Origin: an uncultured Desulfosarcina sp.
GTDB lineage: Bacteria; Desulfobacterota; Desulfobacteria; Desulfobacterales; Desulfosarcinaceae
NCBI GenBank assembly: GCA_963674945.2
Contig: CAXXWQ010000004.1
Span: 672,001 to 736,000 of the forward strand
DNA: 64,000 nt
Direction of reading: 5' to 3'
Position numbers and translations under genes: made by a program. Positions 46,025-55,655 of the stretch are shown one piece after another. A model generated the notes under the pieces. That model made no database searches. It was not told the DNA's origin and saw only the letters and a program-made list of their open reading frames with translations. How positions within the stretch are numbered: the first letter of the stretch is position 1; the number at the start of each line of letters is the position of its first letter.

Positions 46025-49000
46025 CTATTCGCTTTTAACTTTAAAAAGTATTGAATACAAAACAGGTGCAATGATCAGCGTCAGGACCGTTCCGAATGCA
46101 AGCCCGGACATGATGGTAATGCTCATCCCCACATAAAACGGGTCCTTGAGAAGAGGTATCATTCCCAGAATCGTTGTTAACGATGCCATGAGAACCGGTC
46201 TGAAACGACTTACCGATGCGTCTAAAATAGCCGTATATCTGCGTTTTCCGGATTGTATGTCGATATCGATCTGGTCAAGAAGCACAACGACGTTTTTGAT
46301 CAGCATGCCTGACAATCCAAGAAAACCCAGAATACACATAAATCCGAAGGGCTCTCCTGTAGCAAGTAGTCCGGCGGTTACGCCAATTGTTGCCAGCGGA
46401 AGGCACAGGAACACGATTATCGTCTGTCTGAGTGCATTGAAGAGCATTATGACAACAAAGACCATTGCCATGCCGAATATGGGTACCATTCTAAAAAGCG
46501 ACGCCTGCGCATTTGTAGAGTTTTCATATTCTCCGCCCCATTCAATCGTGTATCCTGCCGGCAGCTCCATAGATTCAATTTTCGGTCTCAACCGGTTGAA
46601 GAGCGCACTCGCATTGCCGGTGAGTTGATCACATTTAACGGTAATCGTCCGCATGCGGTTCCTTCTTCTGACAATGGGATCCTCCCAAGTGGATTCTATT
46701 GATGAAACAACCTGTTTTAGCGGAACGACACCACCTGCAACAGGACTGATAAGCTGAACATCGTGAAGTGTCTCAACGGATTTTCTCTCCTCTTCCGGAA
46801 GTCGCATGATAATGGGCATAAGGGTGTTTTCCTCACGATACAGCCCGATGGTCTTGCCCGAAAAAGATGCGGACAGGGAGTCTGCAACCATTGGTCTCGA
46901 AATGCCGAGGCGTCTTGCAGCAGCATCATTCACGATCGGCCGAAGAACCAGTACTCTCTGTCTCCAGTCATCGTGTAGATTAATGGCGTTCTTATCCAAC
47001 GCCATAATCTGTTTTGCCTGCTCTGACAGTCCCCTTAAAACATCAGGATCATCTCCTTTAAACCGCACTTCAATATTCGCGCCCCCTCCCGGCCCGTAAA
47101 CAAGTCTCTGGAATTTTGTTTCTGCTTCCGGAAAATTACTTGCCATATAGGGTCTCAATCGATCGATCAAGCCATCGATCATCTCAAAATTTTTTACATT
47201 CACCACCAATTGGCCGTAGCTTGTGGACGGCATTTCAGGCTCGTATGTATGAAGGAATCGCAAAGCGCCCTGCCCCACAAAGGTTGCGACGGATTCCACC
47301 TCATCAAATGTCGCAAGATACTTTTCAATTTCTTTCAAGTCGTCTGAAGTCGTCTGGATGTGTGTACCTTCTGTTTTCCAGTAGTCAATTAAAAACATGG
47401 GGGTTTTCGAATTGGGGAAAAAACTGTTTTCAATGCGGGTAAACCCATAAAAGGAAACAATCAGCACGATCAACAGGGCAGCGCACGTAATGATCCTGTT
47501 GCGAAGACAGATGTCGAGGAATCTTCTATAGGACGTGAAAAAAAAGCCATCATACGCATCTTTTGTATTGGATTTTGGTTTGGGTAAATATCGGATGCAA
47601 AACAACGGTGTAATCGTGATCGCCAGAATCCAGCTTAATCCGAGCGAAACAGCCGGTACGGTAAAAAGACTGTTTAAGATTTCTCCGATTTCATCTTTTG
47701 AAGTCCCGATGGCGGCAAACGCCAGTATGGCCACGAGAGTTGCGCCCAAAAGGGGCCATGCCGTCTGTGAAACCGTTTCCATGGCTGCCTTTTTTTTGGG
47801 AACCCCTTTTTGAACCTGCACCAGGATACCTTCCGTGACGACGATCGCGTTATCCACCAGCATCCCCAATGACAGGATCAACGCCCCCAGAGAGATGAGC
47901 TGGAAACTGACACCCATTACATTCATGGCCATGAAGGTCCCCAGGATCGTAACGAGCAGGATCCCTCCCATTATCGCCCCACTGTAAAACCCCATGGAGA
48001 TGAAAAGAACAACATTGACAATAACGATCGCCTGGATCAAATTCATGATGAATGTCTTAATGGATTTCGTAACGACCTCCGACTGGTAGTAGATGTTACC
48101 AATCTCCATTCCAGGAGGTGTTTTTGATTCCAGAGATGTAATCTTTTTCTTTACTGCCTTGCCCATCTCCACCACGTTGCCATTGGCTGTTGTGGAAATC
48201 CCCAGTCCCAGCGAAGGCTTGCCATTGTAACGCATCAACCATCTCGGTGGATCTGCATACGCCTTTTTTATCTGCATAACATCTTTAAGATAGATGAGAT
48301 TTCCCGATCGACTGCTGCGGATGACGAGTTCTTCCATATCTTTCACGGATGCAAAAGTGCCGGTGGGATTCAGGCGCACATAGTCGTCTCCCACTTTGAC
48401 ACTGCCGGATGGTGTCACCTGCCCCTGCAGATTAATCGTCTGCAGGATATCCTGAATGGAGAAACCCAGTGCTTTCATTCTCGACTTTGAAACTTCAGCA
48501 TAGACAACCTCCTGCTGGTCTCCCCATATCTCGACACTGGCCACGTTTTTGACAAGCAGCAGCTCCTTTTTGAGCATATCCGCATAGTCTTTTATCTCTT
48601 CATAGGTATACCCTTCGCCTGTAATACCAAAAAAAACGCCATATACGTCACCATGGTCATCATTTACAATGGATGGTCCGGATCTAGGAGGAAGCCGAAC
48701 CTGTGCATCCGAGACCTTTCGCCTCAGTTCATCCCATATTTGCGGGACCTGTGCATTAAGATAATCGTCCTTGATTTCGACGAATATATGGGAAATGCCG
48801 GCTTTTGAGATGGACCAGACATTATCTATCTGTGCAAGTTTTTGGATGGCGGTTTCCAATGGATCGGTAATTTCCTGCTCCACCTCCAGCGGTGAGGCGC
48901 CGGGATATGTCGTGGAAACGACGGCCAGTCGAATCACGAATTCGGGAAATTCCAACTTCCCCAATTTCTGATACGAAATGAATCCCCCTACAATCAACAC

Positions 49001-49057
49001 CAAGACAAAGATGTAAGAAATCGTCTTTTTCTCTAACACCCATTCAGTAAGCTTCAT
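46025..49057 (-). CDS. RND efflux permease (AcrB family)
   Basis: YPGASPLEVE, LGMLVDNAIVV, SRFRPVLM; 1010 aa. Confidence 0.95.
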   Translation of the reverse strand: MKLTEWVLEKKTISYIFVLVLIVGGFISYQKLGKLEFPEFVIRLAVVSTTYPGASPLEVEQEITDPLETAIQKLAQIDNVWSISKAGISHIFVEIKDDYLNAQVPQIWDELRRKVSDAQVRLPPRSGPSIVNDDHGDVYGVFFGITGEGYTYEEIKDYADMLKKELLLVKNVASVEIWGDQQEVVYAEVSKSRMKALGFSIQDILQTINLQGQVTPSGSVKVGDDYVRLNPTGTFASVKDMEELVIRSSRSGNLIYLKDVMQIKKAYADPPRWLMRYNGKPSLGLGISTTANGNVVEMGKAVKKKITSLESKTPPGMEIGNIYYQSEVVTKSIKTFIMNLIQAIVIVNVVLFISMGFYSGAIMGGILLVTILGTFMAMNVMGVSFQLISLGALILSLGMLVDNAIVVTEGILVQVQKGVPKKKAAMETVSQTAWPLLGATLVAILAFAAIGTSKDEIGEILNSLFTVPAVSLGLSWILAITITPLFCIRYLPKPKSNTKDAYDGFFFTSYRRFLDICLRNRIITCAALLIVLIVSFYGFTRIENSFFPNSKTPMFLIDYWKTEGTHIQTTSDDLKEIEKYLATFDEVESVATFVGQGALRFLHTYEPEMPSTSYGQLVVNVKNFEMIDGLIDRLRPYMASNFPEAETKFQRLVYGPGGGANIEVRFKGDDPDVLRGLSEQAKQIMALDKNAINLHDDWRQRVLVLRPIVNDAAARRLGISRPMVADSLSASFSGKTIGLYREENTLMPIIMRLPEEERKSVETLHDVQLISPVAGGVVPLKQVVSSIESTWEDPIVRRRNRMRTITVKCDQLTGNASALFNRLRPKIESMELPAGYTIEWGGEYENSTNAQASLFRMVPIFGMAMVFVVIMLFNALRQTIIVFLCLPLATIGVTAGLLATGEPFGFMCILGFLGLSGMLIKNVVVLLDQIDIDIQSGKRRYTAILDASVSRFRPVLMASLTTILGMIPLLKDPFYVGMSITIMSGLAFGTVLTLIIAPVLYSILFKVKSE

Positions 49058-49077
49058 TGCGACTCCTTTGATTTGCC

Positions 49078-50364
49078 CTATTTCATCAGCCGGACGTGCT
49101 GGCCTTCCCGCAAGAATCTGGCGCCGGCGGTTACAATCATGTCTCCTTCATCCAACTCGGATTCAATTCGAATCAAGTCGCCATAAAGCTCTCCTTGCTT
49201 CACAGAGGTTTTATGTATCGTCATTTTCTCCGGATCGATTTTCCAAACACTCGGCGTTCCGGCTGGATCTGAAAAAACGGCCGCAAGGGGTATGAGAAAT
49301 CCTTGGCTTTCACGATCACTGGTTTTCACATCAACAAATACATCGGCCGCCATGCCGGGACGAACTGTCATATCATCCGGGATATTCATGACAACCGTCA
49401 GAGGATAGCTCTGCGTTGAATCGGTGGTGTTCAGGCCAATCTCTTTAAATTGTGCATCAAAGACGCGATCGGGCAACGAAGGCAGTTTGCAGTAATATCT
49501 GACAACGGCGTCCTTATGGATAAGCAGCTCTTCCGGAATAGAGATGGTAATTTCCACTTGCCGGAAATCAAGAATCGAAACGATGGGCTGACCCGGGCCC
49601 ACTGTTTCAAAATTTTCAACAAACTTTTTATTCACGACACCATCGAAAGGGGCTTTAAGTTTTGTATCTTCAAGCATATTTTTTGCAGACCGCAGTTCAA
49701 CATGAAGACCTTTGATTTTTGCCTCCATGGCCTCTATTTCTTCTGGTCTCGCTCCGGTTCTTGCCTTCTCCAAGGACTTCTCGGCGGCCGCCACGCCTGC
49801 TTTTGCAAGTTCATAGCCTGTTTTCGCACGGTCAAACGCAGATCCAGCCGCGGCTTTTTGTTCATGTAATGCTTCAAACCGCTTATAATTCGCCGCTGCT
49901 TCCGCAAGCTGGGCTTGAGCCGCTGCAAGTTGCGACTCGAGAAGTGCGATATCCTCTTTTCTTGCACCTTTACGCATGGCTTTAAGTCCGATCTTCGCTT
50001 CGGATAGTCCGGCCTCAATGCGCGCGATGGCGATTTCATAATCTCTGGGATCGATTTGCGCCAGTATATCCCCTTCTTTGACCTTTTGACCGATATTCAC
50101 ATCAAAGGAAATCAGGGGGCCACCTACTCTGAACGCCAGTTTGGATTCTTTGGCAGCCTTCACGACACCGGGAAAAGATCGGGTTTTATAAGATGGCAGA
50201 CTTGAGAGCTTTTTTGCTTTTACGGGTCTTACAGAAATCCTTTCTATACTTTCTTTATGATTTTGAGGATTTGTCAATCCCATGATCCCGAATCCGCTCA
50301 GTAACACAATCCCCACTATTGCGACGGTGATAAGGATGCTTTTAATGCCAAGCTTTATCTTCAT
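49078..50364 (-). CDS. RND efflux membrane-fusion protein
   Basis: LAFRVGG, long coiled coil, LKAPFDG, RPGM. Confidence 0.93.
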   Translation of the reverse strand: MKIKLGIKSILITVAIVGIVLLSGFGIMGLTNPQNHKESIERISVRPVKAKKLSSLPSYKTRSFPGVVKAAKESKLAFRVGGPLISFDVNIGQKVKEGDILAQIDPRDYEIAIARIEAGLSEAKIGLKAMRKGARKEDIALLESQLAAAQAQLAEAAANYKRFEALHEQKAAAGSAFDRAKTGYELAKAGVAAAEKSLEKARTGARPEEIEAMEAKIKGLHVELRSAKNMLEDTKLKAPFDGVVNKKFVENFETVGPGQPIVSILDFRQVEITISIPEELLIHKDAVVRYYCKLPSLPDRVFDAQFKEIGLNTTDSTQSYPLTVVMNIPDDMTVRPGMAADVFVDVKTSDRESQGFLIPLAAVFSDPAGTPSVWKIDPEKMTIHKTSVKQGELYGDLIRIESELDEGDMIVTAGARFLREGQHVRLMK

Positions 50365-50495
50365 TTATTTTTCTCCTCGTAATAACTTTTCACACAACGA
50401 TACTGCAAGTTGCGATAATGAGAAATGTTTTAACCAATCGGCACCGTTTTATATGAATCCGTTTTTTGACATATGATTTGATGTGCTGTCATGAT

Positions 50496-50786
50496 TTACT
50501 CCTTTTTCTCTACTGAGAGTTCTTTGCATACAATGTGATGAATTCGCCCGAACCTTTCCAGCAAGGCAACCAGATGCAATCCAAAGATACTTTTTGCATT
50601 TTCATCGCCTTTTTGCCACTGGATAAGGATTCTAAGGTCATTATCCAGAAAAATATCCTGCAAAAGTTTTACTGCTTTGATCCCTTTATTGAATTTCGGA
50701 AAATTGAGTTGGGAGAATACGCTCATCGCTTCCTCCCTATCTTTCCGATTGAACAAGCGGATATGGATAATTTCATACCATTCCAT
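50496..50786 (-). CDS. Small hypothetical protein
   Basis: RBS AAGGAGG before ATG 50786 (96 aa); first gene after the sigma54 promoter. Confidence 0.65.
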   Translation of the reverse strand: MEWYEIIHIRLFNRKDREEAMSVFSQLNFPKFNKGIKAVKLLQDIFLDNDLRILIQWQKGDENAKSIFGLHLVALLERFGRIHHIVCKELSVEKKE

Positions 50787-50836
50787 CTGGTCCTCCTTCG
50801 AAATACGATCAAAAGTATACGGCACGATTTTTACTC

Positions 50837-50852
50837 AGCAAACCTCATGCCA
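50837..50852 (-). promoter_or_regulatory. Sigma54 (-24/-12) promoter
   Basis: TGGCAT-GAGGT-TTGCT on the minus strand, divergent from a sigma54 activator. Confidence 0.8.
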
Positions 50853-51011
50853 CATTAATATCCTTTTATTTCAATTTGTTAAAAATGGACACCATTGAAT
50901 TCTGTTAATTTTAACAGTTTTAGCTGTTATACTTGACGGATAAGGATAGGGGCTGTTATATATGATAGAATAAAAAGGATAACGGATTGCACATAGGAAA
51001 AAACAAATCAC

Positions 51012-52565
51012 ATGATAGATGAAAATGAATTTTTCAACAAAGCGACGTTGCTCATATGCAGCAGCTTGAACGTGGACACCGCGTTGGAGCGTTTCATGAC
51101 CTATGTTAAGAGCATCATGCCGATATCAGGCATTATCATGGGTGTATATGATCCGACAATGAATCTTGGATATTTGCTATCTGCAATTTGGCCGCCGAAA
51201 TGGAAAAAACCACCCGAGATCATATCCTTTTCAAAGGATATGGGTGAGTATATGAGAACGATCTGGGATAGAAATGAAAAAATATTAATCATCAATGATA
51301 TTGAAAATGAGATGCCTGCGAGCCGCACAATCTTGAGCGCCTTTTTTCCGGACGATTCCTCACAGATAAGTTTGAAACTCGAACTCGATGATGAACATCT
51401 TGGCGCGGTTAATTTTCTATCCGAGGGCAAACACTGCTTTACTGAAAATCACGGGAGACTGCTTACACTGCTTCATGATCCACTTGCCGTAGCGATATCC
51501 AACGTTCTGCAGTATCGTGAAATATCAAGGCTCAGAGATTTGCTAGCGGAAGACAACCGCGATCTGCGGCGCAAACTCCGCTCTGTTTCCTATGACCAGA
51601 TCATCGGATCCGAGTTCGGATTGAAAGATGTGATGCAAATGGTCCAGCAGGTTTCGCGCTTGAACAGCCCGGTATTGATTTTGGGAGAAACCGGTGTCGG
51701 AAAAGAAGTGATTGCCAATGCCATCCATGAAAACTCGGAGCGGAGAGACAAGCCTTTTGTCAAGGTAAATTGCGGCGCCATTCCAGAGAATCTGATTGAC
51801 AGCGAACTTTTCGGCCATGAAAAGGGTGCATTTACAGGTGCCATCTCACAGAGACTGGGCTTTTTCGAGAGAGCCCACACGGGTACAATATTTCTGGATG
51901 AGATCGGCGAACTCCCCGTGGCCGCTCAAGTGAGGCTGCTACGTGTTCTGCAGCATCAGGAGCTCGAACGTATCGGCGGATCAAGAACGATTCATGTGGA
52001 CGTCCGAATTATCAGTGCCACCCATCAGAACATAGCCCTTTTGGCCCAAAAAGGGCAGTTTAGAGAAGACCTTTGGTTTCGTTTGAATGTCTTCCCGATC
52101 AATATCCCACCGCTTCGCGCTCGCCCGGAAGATATCCCGGCGTTGTTCCACTACTTCGTCGAAAAAAAATGTCAGGAATTGAATATACGCAATTTACCAT
52201 CGCTTGATATGGGAACCATGGATCAACTCCAGAGTTACAGTTGGCCGGGGAATATCAGGGAACTTGAGAACCTGGTGGAAAGATTTTTGATCCGCAGCCA
52301 GACATCGGTTGGAAATCGTATATTAAAAATTGACGAACTGATAGTGGCGCACGACAGCACAACGAACCAATCCACCCAAGGGGGAATACATGGTATCCGC
52401 CCTTTGGATGAAGTCATGTCCGAGCATATCAAAATGGCCCTCAACGTAACGAATGGAAAAGTGGAAGGAGAAGATGGCGCCGCGAAAGCATTGGGCATCC
52501 ATCCGAGCACCCTGCGCGCACGTATGCGCAAATTGGGTATTGCATATGGGAAAAGGTCAAGATAA
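51012..52565 (+). CDS. Sigma54-dependent activator (GAF-like domain, AAA+, HTH)
   Basis: GETGVGKE, ELFGHEKGAFTGA, FLDEIGE, WPGNIREL, C-terminal HTH. Confidence 0.95.
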   Translation: MIDENEFFNKATLLICSSLNVDTALERFMTYVKSIMPISGIIMGVYDPTMNLGYLLSAIWPPKWKKPPEIISFSKDMGEYMRTIWDRNEKILIINDIENEMPASRTILSAFFPDDSSQISLKLELDDEHLGAVNFLSEGKHCFTENHGRLLTLLHDPLAVAISNVLQYREISRLRDLLAEDNRDLRRKLRSVSYDQIIGSEFGLKDVMQMVQQVSRLNSPVLILGETGVGKEVIANAIHENSERRDKPFVKVNCGAIPENLIDSELFGHEKGAFTGAISQRLGFFERAHTGTIFLDEIGELPVAAQVRLLRVLQHQELERIGGSRTIHVDVRIISATHQNIALLAQKGQFREDLWFRLNVFPINIPPLRARPEDIPALFHYFVEKKCQELNIRNLPSLDMGTMDQLQSYSWPGNIRELENLVERFLIRSQTSVGNRILKIDELIVAHDSTTNQSTQGGIHGIRPLDEVMSEHIKMALNVTNGKVEGEDGAAKALGIHPSTLRARMRKLGIAYGKRSR

Positions 52566-52644
52566 GCTTTATCTGGCGTAGCGTCCGGGAAGTTTTTACG
52601 CCCATTGCAGCGGGCCGTGTGTGTGTTAAATCGCAGAAAGGAGG

Positions 52645-53703
52645 ATGCCAATGAGCCAGAAGAATTCCCTTCCGTCCAAAAATTACCGGGTTGTGCAATG
52701 GACCACGGGAAATGTCGGTGCACATGCGCTGCGCGCGATTATCAAACATCCGAAAATGACGCTTGCCGGGGTTTTCGCTTACTCCGAAGAGAAGACGGGG
52801 CTTGATGCGGGAGAACTTTGCGGGATCGATCCCGTCGGTATAAAAGCCATCGGAAACATCGACGAGATCATCGACCTCAAACCCGATTGCGTGGTGTACA
52901 TGCAGCAGGGGTGCAACGTAGACGACGTATGCAAACTGCTGGCATCGGGAGCGAACATCGTGACCACTTGCCTGAAATTTCATCACCCGGATCATCTCGA
53001 TCCGGTAGAGCGACAGCGAGTCGAAGAGGCATGCCGCCGCGGCAACACCTCGATTTACTGCAGTGGCAGCAGCCCCGGCTTCATTACGGAAGTCATCCCG
53101 CTGGCACTGCTATTCGTCATGCGAGGACTCGACTGCCTCACGATCAACGAATACGCCGACATGTCCCAATATCCGCACCCTGTCATGCTTTTTGACATAA
53201 TGGGGTATGGGCTCCCCCCCGACAATTATGTGGAATTCAAGGATCATGTACTCGATAATTTCAGCCCTTCGCTTTCTCTCGTAGCCGACGCCATTTCGAA
53301 GCCGATAGACGCATTCGAAGTAAACGAAGAGGTGGCGACCGTACGCAAAAAGACCCGTATCGTCGCCGGTATTCTGGAGGCGGGCACGATCGCCGCGCGT
53401 CGAATCACCATCACGGGCATCCGAGACGGCCGCCCGATGATTCGTTTTTGCCCAACCTGGTACGTCAGCACCGACATCGATGCATCCTGGGAACTTCGAG
53501 AATCCGGCTGGCATGTGCTGGCCGAAGGAGATCCGCCGTTTGATGTAAGCATTCGCTTTCCCATACCCGCCGAACAATACGAAGATGTATCACCCGGCTA
53601 CACCGCATATGGCCCGATCAATGCCATTCCCTACGTTTGCGCCGCACCTTCGGGGATTCGCACGACCATCGACCTTCCGCACATCGTTCCTTATCTCGGA
53701 TGA
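52645..53703 (+). CDS. NAD(P)-dependent oxidoreductase, dihydrodipicolinate-reductase-like / amine dehydrogenase family
   Basis: RVVQWTTGNVG, G.DAGELCG, SG..PGF, NAIPYVCAA..GI.T..DLP. Confidence 0.8.
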   Translation: MPMSQKNSLPSKNYRVVQWTTGNVGAHALRAIIKHPKMTLAGVFAYSEEKTGLDAGELCGIDPVGIKAIGNIDEIIDLKPDCVVYMQQGCNVDDVCKLLASGANIVTTCLKFHHPDHLDPVERQRVEEACRRGNTSIYCSGSSPGFITEVIPLALLFVMRGLDCLTINEYADMSQYPHPVMLFDIMGYGLPPDNYVEFKDHVLDNFSPSLSLVADAISKPIDAFEVNEEVATVRKKTRIVAGILEAGTIAARRITITGIRDGRPMIRFCPTWYVSTDIDASWELRESGWHVLAEGDPPFDVSIRFPIPAEQYEDVSPGYTAYGPINAIPYVCAAPSGIRTTIDLPHIVPYLG

Positions 53704-53779
53704 GCGTGCGAGGGTGCATCCAATGCAACGTATTCGTTTCGATGAATAAAGTGCCTACAGATCGGTAATTGGAGGAAAT

Positions 53780-53812
53780 AAAAAAAGGAGATATGACAGC
53801 ATATCTCCTTTT
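53780..53812. terminator. Bidirectional terminator between convergent genes
   Basis: AAAAGGAGATATG-ACAG-CATATCTCCTTTT. Confidence 0.8.
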
Positions 53813-53870
53813 GTATGTTATTCCAATCCTCCCATAATTGGGGGGATTCTTTATTTACAGTAAAAAATTC

Positions 53871-55094
53871 TTAGAAATACATTTTTACACCCATTACATT
53901 GCCAAGCAACGTCTTTTGGTATGTGTTGCCAACCGGATCGGTCTCTTTCTCTGAATGGTAATAATAGGTGTTGAAAACGGCCTCGATCTTTTCCGTAATC
54001 TTATAACCAAAGCCTATGGCAAAATTATAATAGCTCAAATCCGTACCGCCCGAAGCAACCGTTTTATCTTTGGATTCTACTGCGTGGGTGGTATAGGAGA
54101 TGCCCCCACTAGTGTACAACTTCGGGGAAAGCTCATATTTTATACCGAGTCCGAGCGTCCAACTGTCTACCCAATTTGTCGGGGACGCACTCTTTTGTGG
54201 ACCATTAAACATTTCAACTTCAGACTCCTTGAATTCCACATCACCCCACCATCGGTACGCATATTCAGCGGTGATGAGCATCTTCGGTGTTACTTGATAA
54301 CTGACACCGGTTAACAAATACCAGGGTATATCGACGGTGTAGGTAGCCGATCCGTCGTCTGCAAGTACAAAACCGGGAGGAAGCGGTCCATCAACCACGG
54401 TCATTTTCACATCACCTTCATATTTCAATGACGTCGGGCTTTTTGCGGTAACGCCGATTCGTACATCGGTGACAGGCTTGTACATGATGCCGAACACGGC
54501 CCTATACCCGGTATTTATCGCTAAGTATTCTTGTTCCATGTCGATGATGACACCACGATCTTCGTATCTCGAACCCTTTACTTCCAGCATGCCCAGAGCC
54601 GTCTCTCCGGTGAACCCAAGGTACAGTTTCGGCGATACCTCGTAGGCGATGCTTAGACCCAAGGAAAAACCGCCCCCCGCAGTAGTAAAATCTCCAAGAC
54701 CCGGAACATTATCCAAAACTGCCGACCCAGCGCCGTATGACGCGTAGAAGCCCGCTCCGTATGCCAGCTTTCCCCTTCTCGTGGCACCAAACATGCTTGG
54801 CGCACCAAACGGATCCGTGCTGCTGTAATCCTGCCCGGTGGTTGCATCGTGATAGGTGTAGTCCGGAAGGATTCCGGTATAAAATTCAAAGTTGCAGTCG
54901 ATCACACCTTCGGGAATCTGGACGAGGCCTGCGGGATTCCAGAAAACCGCCGATGAGTCATCGGCGACACCGGTATAAATATTTGAAAGCCCCGCCGCCC
55001 GAAGCCCCACGTAATCGCTGTTCCAGCCTACTGCATAAACATTTCCGACCGATAGAAAAAATACAAACAGCACACTCACGATTCTACTTCTCAT
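53871..55094 (-). CDS. OmpP1/FadL family outer-membrane transporter 2
   Basis: Signal peptide, ADDSSAVFWNPAGL, C-terminal Phe. Confidence 0.88.
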   Translation of the reverse strand: MRSRIVSVLFVFFLSVGNVYAVGWNSDYVGLRAAGLSNIYTGVADDSSAVFWNPAGLVQIPEGVIDCNFEFYTGILPDYTYHDATTGQDYSSTDPFGAPSMFGATRRGKLAYGAGFYASYGAGSAVLDNVPGLGDFTTAGGGFSLGLSIAYEVSPKLYLGFTGETALGMLEVKGSRYEDRGVIIDMEQEYLAINTGYRAVFGIMYKPVTDVRIGVTAKSPTSLKYEGDVKMTVVDGPLPPGFVLADDGSATYTVDIPWYLLTGVSYQVTPKMLITAEYAYRWWGDVEFKESEVEMFNGPQKSASPTNWVDSWTLGLGIKYELSPKLYTSGGISYTTHAVESKDKTVASGGTDLSYYNFAIGFGYKITEKIEAVFNTYYYHSEKETDPVGNTYQKTLLGNVMGVKMYF

Positions 55095-55622
55095 TTAGAA
55101 CTCTCCTTCATGAACCAATTTGGCGACCTCGTAAAAAGTCGAAGTTCTCATCCTCTGGCTCTGTGATCGATTGAAGATACATCTTGGCAAATTGCAGAAA
55201 TAGCATATAAACGACTTTTTACGAGTTCACCAAATTGTCAAAAAATAGCACCGGGTTCTGCGAAATTGCTTTCTTCAACGCTGATAATGAAAGAAAAATT
55301 AAGCTTTTCTTGTCCACAGCAAGCCTTTTGTCCAGTGGGCCTAAGTATACAAACCGGAACAGTCTGTCAACCATAAATGCATCCATCTCCGCCATGTTGA
55401 TATCCATATCCAAACGAAAGAAAACGCAATAAAAATTGCCAGCGTCAGGCAAATCCCCCCCCCCCGATCTGGTTGATCCTTTTATTGATAAACATATCTT
55501 CACATTACATTCAACGGCAACAAAGGTAAAGTTAATTTCATTTTTTATTTACATATATTGCCTCATCTGATAGATTTATAGAGCCCATTTTATTAATCTC
55601 GATTTATTAATCGATGTTTACA

Positions 55623-55639
55623 TTTGACAACCCGTCAAA
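55623..55639. promoter_or_regulatory. Palindrome TTTGAC-N5-GTCAAA just upstream of the GRE ribosome-binding site
   Basis: Perfect 6-bp inverted repeat; could be an operator or an RNA hairpin. Confidence 0.35.
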
Positions 55640-55655
55640 CAAAGGGAGGACGAAA